64,000 nt of DNA from Eledone cirrhosa (lineage: Eukaryota), in assembly GCA_964016885.1 (NCBI GenBank), contig OZ024740.1, positions 387,872,001 to 387,936,000 on the forward strand, written 5' to 3'. Under the pieces are notes generated by a model. That model searched no databases and was not told the DNA's origin. It saw only the letters and a program-made list of their open reading frames with translations. Numbering within the stretch: position 1 is the first letter of the stretch; the number at the start of each line of letters is the position of its first letter. This document shows positions 56,001 through 64,000 of this stretch, piece after piece. The position numbers and the translations under genes are program-made.

Positions 56001-56009
56001 TATATACAT

Positions 56010-56085
<76 letters not shown>

Positions 56086-56329
56086 CGTGTGTGCGCGTGT
56101 GTTTGTTTGAAATATATATATTTGAAATTGTCTAAGGATAATTGGAAACTGAATCTAATCAGGGATCTTTTGAAAGATAAAACAAGAGTAGCGTTATTAA
56201 AGTAAAATGCACAGTTTTCTATTACATAATTATTTAGATATTCTCTTTTACACTTTTACTCTTTTACCCGTTCCAGCCATCCTCCCTTGTCGCCACACGT
56301 TCTATCTGTGTTGGTTGGCCATTGGTGTA

Positions 56330-59178
56330 AGAGGGAGTTCGTTGCTGTTGCCCTTAGGTTACCTTCGTACCATGCTGTGGGCTAATCTGGGAAACTGGAT
56401 AGCAGAGTCTCAAGATGTTTCTTGAAAACATCCATATTCGCACCATGCAGATCTCTAAAATTTCTTGGCAGCTTGTTGAGGGCCTTTGAACCCCAGGTTA
56501 TTGCAATATCTGCTCCTTATTCTAGATGTGGAAGACGAGACATTTGGCACCACACAGTGACGTCCTGTTCGGGGGTTGGTCCACCTCTTAATGCCAAGGT
56601 TTGGTGCTAGTCCCTCCAGGATTTTCCATATGTATATCACTGCGTATCTTTCCCGTCTTCGTTCCAAGGAGTAGAGTTTCAGTTCTTTTAGCCTCTCCTA
56701 ATAGCTCATCTCCTTCATCGTGGCAATCCTCTTGGTGTAGCTTCGTTGGATTGCCTCAAACTCCGTGGTTAGTTTGATACTATGGTGTGACCAGTAGTCC
56801 AGTGGGCTTAGGACAAATGTCCTCCATAGTATCAACATGGTCTCTCGGTCTGGAAAGTCCTCAAGATCCAGCCAGCGTCTGTACATTGTCGCCACCCTCT
56901 TGATGTGTGAAGAAAAAGATGCATCGTCGCTCATGTCTCTTCCCAGATCTCGTATCAATTTCGATACGGGAATTCCGAACCTTCCTGGCTCGGTGTTGCT
57001 GTGTTGTACTGTCTTTATGTTAGCAGGTTGACATTGTAAGGCTTGAAATTTTCCAGCATTAAACTGCATGTTGTTGTCCTCAGCCCATTTGTATATGGCT
57101 TCAAGATCTTGTAAAAGAACAGCACCAGCCGGATTTTTGATTGCCTGTGCTACCTTTGTGTCATCAGCATAGGTAGTGTGGTATGTTGTATGTACTACAG
57201 AGGTCATATTAGAGAGACTCACCCAAAACAGTAGTGGTCCCAAGTGTGCGCACCTACTTTTCCAGTTAATCCGAGTCTGTGTAGTTTGTGACATATCATT
57301 CCGTGGTCGACCTTGTCAAAGGCCTTCGCAAAATCAAGATATATCACGTCCACATGTGAGCTGTCTAGCAGTTGTTTCAGTACCCAGTCATAGTGTTGTA
57401 ACACTGTAAGGCAGCTTTTTCTGCGTACTAGTTAGGCGGTCATTTACCTCGAGAAACTTGATCAGTTTCTCTCTGATAATTCGTTTCATGACTTTACTGA
57501 TATGTGACATAGGAGAGACTGGCCTGTAGTTTGTGGCCTCCACTTTGCTTCCTCTTTTATAGATAAAACATATTGTGCCTTCTTTTAGCTCTCTGGGTAG
57601 TTTACCGCTAGCCAAAGAACTTCTGAAGAGGGTCGTCAATGGTCTTGCTAAGACACGGTTACATGATTTTAGGAGGACTGCTGGAAATTCATCAGGTCCG
57701 GCAGCTGAGTTTGTGCTAATTTCTTCTATGGCGGATATCAGATCTTCTTCCGTTAACTGTATGTGGTTGATGGTTGCCATTTCTTTGTGGAACGTTGTGG
57801 CATCAAAGAAATCCTCTAGCTTTGTTATTTGCATGTGCCTCAATGAGGATGTGAACACACTTTTGTACTGTTCATTCACTATTTCACTTATCCCTTGGGC
57901 ACCTCGGTTAATGAACCATTTTTATGGAAGAGGGGCCCAATCTTGCAGTATACCGAGGCAGTTTCTTTCGCAAATTTAAAGAAGCCCGTAGAGTTTGTTT
58001 TAATATTTATTATGCCCCTGGCTTCTCTCTCTGCCCTTTCCTTCTCATGCGAAAGTTTGAATGCAGTTTCAATGCCTGTTTCAGATAGGGTTCCTTCTTG
58101 TTCTTCTGTTGTGCATTTAACTGGTTTGAGAGCTTAGTTCTTCGTCTCATAAGGATTTTTCTTTCTCTGAGAATGAGATTTTTGTGTCCATGTGCCCTTT
58201 TCTCCGGGACAAACTTATGGCATATAGTTTGTATTGTTGTCATGAGATATGGAAAATGTGTGTTGGTGTCTTGTGTGGTGATGTCGCTCCAGTTTTTTTT
58301 CGGATCTCTTTCTTTTCCAGTTAGCCTTGTGAAAGTTTAGGCTGGATAAATTCCCGCTGCTTCTTAATGTTTGCGTCTCTGTTTACTCTCCCAGACCATA
58401 TATCATTAGTTCTACTAAGTTATGATATGAGAAAATCATTGGTGTCACCTTTACATTGTGGATGAGCACTGCGTTATTTGTAAAGCAGAGATCCAGGACA
58501 TTCGCGCCTCTTGTTGGGAAGAGAATTGCTTGTTCCATGAACAGCCTGTGCGTGAGAGCCAGTAGGGACTCCGTCTGTCTCTGTTCGAGTGATGTCATTC
58601 CAAGGAGGATGTGGCCCTCAGGCCATTTGACCGTTGGTAGGTTAAAGTCTCCTAGAAGCAGAATGTTGAGACCCTGGTCCAGTTTGTCAAAGACTTCTTC
58701 CATCCTTTCAAGGCTATCTTCAAATTCACCTTCATGACTGGTGACCGATATGTGACACATATTTCCATTTTTAGTTGTTTCATATGTACTATCAGTGTGT
58801 CACAGACTGAGTTAGAATGTGGCAATAGCACAATGGGTGTGACATCTTCACGGATGTACAAGACAACCCCACCACGAGCTCTCTCCTTCCTATCCGAACG
58901 AAATACATTATACTTTGGTATATGTATTTCCGCATCTGCTATACTGCTTGTCCGATGCGTTTCAGTTAGTACCAGGCATATTGCTTGATTGCTTGTGGCT
59001 AAGTCTCTCCGGTAGGGAATTTTATTCATGTTGGTGAGTTTTACCAGGCCTCTGACATTCAACAGTAGCACTGGTGTGACATTTGGGGTGTCAGCAGTAG
59101 CTGTCGGTGTGGCACTTGGAATGGTGTCAGCGGCGGCCACCTTGGGTCCCTTGATTGTGGTAGTCTTGAGTGGTGGTG
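56330..59178 (-). mobile_element. Decayed CR1-clade LINE ORF2 (APE endonuclease + RT), multiply frameshifted
   Basis: LLNVRGL, LTETH, RSDR..RGGV, LGDFNLP, PTRGANVLDL, SAAGPD, NYRPVS, VDVIYLDFAKAFDKVDH, LGPLLF, YADDTK and WAEDNNMQFN. Confidence 0.93.
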
Positions 59179-59179
59179 T

Positions 59180-59583
59180 GAATTTCGTATATTTAAAGAT
59201 ATACGCTATGTTTAATAATTAAACATTTTGAAAGCTCAGCTATGAATTGAAAGGCTGATGACCAACGCCATCTAGCGGCTTCCAGCAGAAGCAGCGGAGG
59301 ATTACTGTCTATGCATTTCGAGCATCTGGCTCTCAGCATCTTTCATATGCAAATGAGGCTAATCAGCCCACATACACAGGCGAAGAAACTGTATATTTTC
59401 GCCTATTTCAAGTTCCAGCAGAAAGTAAGGATAAACACTGTCTTGACGAGAGCCAGAAGCTCGAAAGACTGTTATCCTCCGCTGCTTCTCCTGGAATCCG
59501 CTAGATCTCGCTGGCCGCCAGCCTTTCAATTCAAAATGTTTATTTATTAAACATACCGTATATCTTTAAATATACAAAATTCA
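59180..59583. mobile_element. MITE-like element with ~120-130-bp imperfect terminal inverted repeats
   Basis: TGAATTTCGTATATTTAAAGATATACG...AGAAGCAGCGGAGGAT is mirrored by ATCCTCCGCTGCTTCT...CGTATATCTTTAAATATACAAAATTCA. Confidence 0.7.
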
Positions 59584-59609
59584 TATTCATACATCTATAC
59601 AGCTATGCC

Positions 59610-59675
<66 letters not shown>

Positions 59676-59679
59676 ACAG

Positions 59680-61220
59680 GGAGAAAAAGACGATTATTAG
59701 GAATAAAAATATATTTTTTTCCATTTTTATTTCTTTCTCTCTTTTTTTCTAGGTTATAAAATGATTAAAACGAAATATTTTACTGTGTGTGAAGTGTTAA
59801 GGTATTAGTTGATTTATTTATTAATTAACAATGGCATTTATTTATTTATTTATTTATATATTTAATAATTGTTTATTACCGGTTTCAGCATTTTTATGCA
59901 TTATCAAATGATAATAATATGTATTCATGTAGAATGGTGGTGTTGGACATGTTAAAGAAATGGTGCAGAAAGAATAATGTTATTTACAAACAAGGTTTAT
60001 GAAGTGAAAAGAAAAAAGAAAAAAAGGGTCGTAATGTGGAGCATAATGAGTCAATGTGAAAGAAAAAATAATGTTATTTACAGGCATAGTTCTTGAAGAT
60101 AAGCAGATCAAAATGTGTTAATATAGAAAGAGTGCTTAGTTGATCCATAATGGAGGCAAATGGTGGACTGGGGTTTGATATTATTTCCCTTTTTAGAGAG
60201 TTAATATGCAAGGGGAGGTAATTCATGCTGGATGATATTTAATTTATTTAAGAAAAAGGATTAGGTAGATGTGAGGGAGGTGACTCTTTAGAGAGACATA
60301 GGTATTTGTAAATGTTTGATTGTTCGTTCCAGTTTTTGTTTAGTCCGAAGTTTAGAGCATTAAGTAGAGGTTGGAATTTGTTAATGAAATACGTTTCCTT
60401 ATTGGTACGATGGATGAAAGTAGCGTTGTTTATGAATTTGTAAATGGGAAAAATTTTAAAGTTTGGATGTTGGTTGGGTGCACAATTGGCGATATGTTCA
60501 CTAAATGCAATCTTTCTGTATTCCTCTATTTTGATTTATGGACGGTCATACGTTGTCGGAGGCTGTTTTTTGTCTGTCCTATGTAGTGCTCTTGACAAGC
60601 TAAGCAGGTCAAAACATAGATTAGGTTTTCAGATGCACATGTAAAGTTGTGTTTAACTGTGAAATGTTGTCCTTGTTTAGAATGGAATGTTGAACCTTCT
60701 ATTAGATTTATGCATATGCCACAGTTGGACCTTCCGCATTTTGTTACTGTAGGGTTCATTGTGAGGGTTTGTTGGATTTTGGCTTGTGTGAGGATGTTTT
60801 CTATGGTTTTAGGTTGTCTTTTGCTCTTTATGATGTTGTGTGTTTGGAGGATTTTGTTCATTCTTAGGTCTCTTTTTAGTAAAGGAAAGTTCTGGAGGAT
60901 GGTGTCGAATGCCTCATTGTTGAGGGAGTTGTGTGTGGAGATGTATGGTAGAGTTTTCTGTTGCGGTTTATTCCTGGGTTTGGGGTGTCTGAGTTCCTGG
61001 ATGTCGAGTTTTAGGGCACGTTGGAATCCATTGTTGATTAGGGATGGTAGGTAGTTTCTGCTGATAAGTGTGTTTTTTAATTCTTCTAGTCGTGTGTAGC
61101 ATGTGTATTTATCTGAAACTATTGTGCAGATCCTTCTGGCTAGGTTATAAGGAATTGCCATTTTGGTGTGTCTAGGGTGGCACGAGTTGAATTGAAGGTA
61201 TTGTTTGGAGTCTGTGGGTT

Positions 61221-61222
<2 letters not shown>
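59680..61222 (-). mobile_element. 5'-truncated Neptune-like PLE (RT thumb + GIY-YIG) with a degenerate hammerhead at 59868-59915
   Basis: [14 protein letters not shown]...IPYNLARRI...CGRSNCGIC...[30 protein letters not shown]. The 3' motif reads TTGATAA-TGCAT.AAA.ATGCT-GAAA-CCGG-TA. (TA)n lies at both ends. Confidence 0.9.
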
Positions 61223-61290
<68 letters not shown>

Positions 61291-61679
61291 TACATATACA
61301 CATACACACATACATATACACATATACATACACACATGCATATACATATATATATATATATGTGTACATATACATATATATATATATGTACATATATATA
61401 TATGTATATGTATGTAAATATATATATTATATATGTATATATATATATATGTACATATATATATATGTATATGTATGTATATGTATGTGTGTATGTATAT
61501 ATTTATCTATATATATACACACATACACACATATATATGTTTATGTGTGTGTGCATGTATGTGTGTGTATGTACATATACATGTATATATATGTACACAC
61601 ACACACATAAGTTATTTAATTTGTTGATTATTCAACAAAGTAAATTTATACCAGATTAGAAGCATACAACAGATTTCTT

Positions 61680-63250
61680 CTGGAGTATAATATCAATAAT
61701 ATTAATAAATGGAAACTATCTTTATAAAATCATATTTATTTTATTATATATATTTCAAGGGTACGCTATCGTCAGATAAAATACAAAAATTGGTTGACAT
61801 ATAGTGACATATCTACATATGAACTTAATGTTATGAGTTCTATGTAAATAGTGAATAAAACTTCAAACCTCAAGATGAATATGCTAATGAGGATAACGTT
61901 AAAACTGAAAAAGACCGTTATGTTTAGACGCTAGGTATATTTAAATAATTATTAAAATTATTTTCTAACAAGAAAAGGTGGTTTACTATTAAAGTGGAAG
62001 AAAAAATATTTAAAGCTATTTACGGAATATTTATAGGAATATACGTATATAAGCGTCCGAAACATATTTGCAAGGGTGTAGAAAGAATGAAATAATTATA
62101 TTTATTTTTATTTATTTAATTATATAATTTGGAAGTATTTATAATATAATGTGTGAATTATAAATTAACTATTAATTTAATATGTGAAAGATAGCTTATA
62201 TTTATATATACAATTGGGTGTATTCTACGGGTGTGTTTTAATATCATGATGATTGCTGTTATAAGTATATTTTATTATATTATAAGAGATTAATTGTATA
62301 TATAAATAGTTATGGTGAATATATAATTTATTTATTTAGTAGATAAATAGTTATGGTTGGATATAGATTCCGATTACATATGAAAACAGTTAGGATTTGT
62401 TGAGCGAAGATATGTTTGCATTTTCTATATATAGCTTAAGAATGTGGAAATAATTATATTTTTGTATAGAAGATGTATATTATTTTGTATAATCTATAGT
62501 TGTATCAGGATAGAAATATAAATTAAAAAAATTTCAATATTTATATAAAGTTTGAATGTTTCATAAAGGTTAAATGTAAGCAAGGTTTTATCAAAGGAAA
62601 AGATAACTCTAATTTTAATTAGTTTAAGGAGTTTAAGTTATTTAAAGATATAGTTAGATTTAGCGTTTAGTCTAATAATTACTTTCAAATTATATTATAA
62701 TTATAGTATATGTAAAACTTTATATAAGATTTTAGAGCATCATATGTTACATATGTTCAAGATATTAGTAAAAGGATAAAAACTTTCTATGTATAGATTT
62801 TGATAACATTGAGTATAACATTAAGAAAGACATGAACGACGCCACATCATTTTGTTTTGAACATTTTGAAAGTAGGTTTATAAGTATGAATTTTCGTAAG
62901 ATATTCGTAGTTGTCTCTGTGGCCTAGTGGTAGGTACTAGAGACGTTGGAGAATATGTCCTTGGAGTCGATCCTGGTCGAGAGGTACATGTATTCCTTTT
63001 CCGTTTCTATTTTACATCCCATAGAAATAACTGAAAAGATTTACCGGGAACCCTACTCTCGCTCAGGATCGAACTTCAGACCAAGGTTACCACTGTCTAT
63101 GATTCCTCAAATTAGGCCGCCCAGACAGCTACAAAAGTAGTGAAAATTAATAATTATAAACCTACTTTCAAAATCAAATTAAAAAAGATGTGGTGTCATT
63201 CATGGTTTTCCTAGAGCTATTAGTCATATTTAGAGTCGACTTGTAAATCT
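61680..63250 (-). mobile_element. Non-coding hammerhead-terminated element related to 54285-56000 (hammerhead 61737-61783)
   Basis: TATTTTAT-CTGACGA-TAGCGTACCCTT-GAAA-TATATA-TA-ATAAAATA. Interior blocks GATGAATATGC.AATGA, TTTAGACGCTA and AAAGGAAAAGATAACTC are shared with the reverse complement of 55020-55680. Confidence 0.65.
62913..62983 (+). other. tRNA-like / Pol III promoter unit (pseudo-tRNA or SINE head); diverged convergent partner at 63056-63126 (-)
   Basis: A-box-like TGGCCTAGTGG, B-box-like GGAGTCGATCC and T4 at 62997. The partner has GGCCTAATTTG and AGTTCGATCC. No clean cloverleaf. Confidence 0.5.
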
Positions 63251-63458
63251 TCTGGTTCTTTGGTAAGAACGTTATTATTCCTGTGGTTGTTTAACTGTTA
63301 AATTAATTTAACATGATTATTTTAACAAACAAATATCAAGCGTTAACCTAACAGTATATGCCTTCCATATACTGTACCGATTGTGTTGTTATTTCTGTTT
63401 ACCCTTTACATACACACATACACACACACGCGCACACACGCGCACACACGCGCACACA

Positions 63459-64000
<542 letters not shown>

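Noticed and set aside
59256-59262. CTGATGA inside the MITE arm
   Set aside because: No matching stem II/GAAA/UH follows, and the opposite arm does not conserve it.
62913-62983. Functional tRNA gene
   Set aside because: The acceptor and anticodon stems do not pair properly; kept only as a tRNA-like unit.

Overview
AT-rich, microsatellite-saturated animal genomic DNA. The repeat content suggests a mollusc, probably an octopus-type cephalopod (inference only). Most ORF-track entries are translations of (TA)n/(CA)n/(GA)n tracts. Host gene: two short minus-strand exons (20452-20559 and 4672-4769) splice in frame across a 15.7-kb GT-AG intron and encode the extracellular hormone-binding domain of a secretin-family (class B1) GPCR. 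The rest is intronic or upstream repeat DNA: a 44-bp satellite (1-3640), decayed mariner/Tc1 elements, RTE/CR1/R4/Ingi-like LINE remnants, tRNA-derived SINEs, two non-autonomous Helitrons and a MITE. The dominant signal is a Penelope-like element (PLE) system. It includes one near-intact RT+GIY-YIG element broken only by a homopolymer frameshift, and several truncated PLEs of at least two clades. About 17 minimal type-I hammerhead ribozyme motifs were read by eye. Many non-coding fold-back insertions sit in (TA)n tracts, including a ~590-nt hammerhead-carrying, terminally redundant retrozyme-like unit. A local duplication appears to preserve both the empty and the PLE-filled (TA)n site. All structures were read manually; repeat coordinates are approximate, and no activity is demonstrated.
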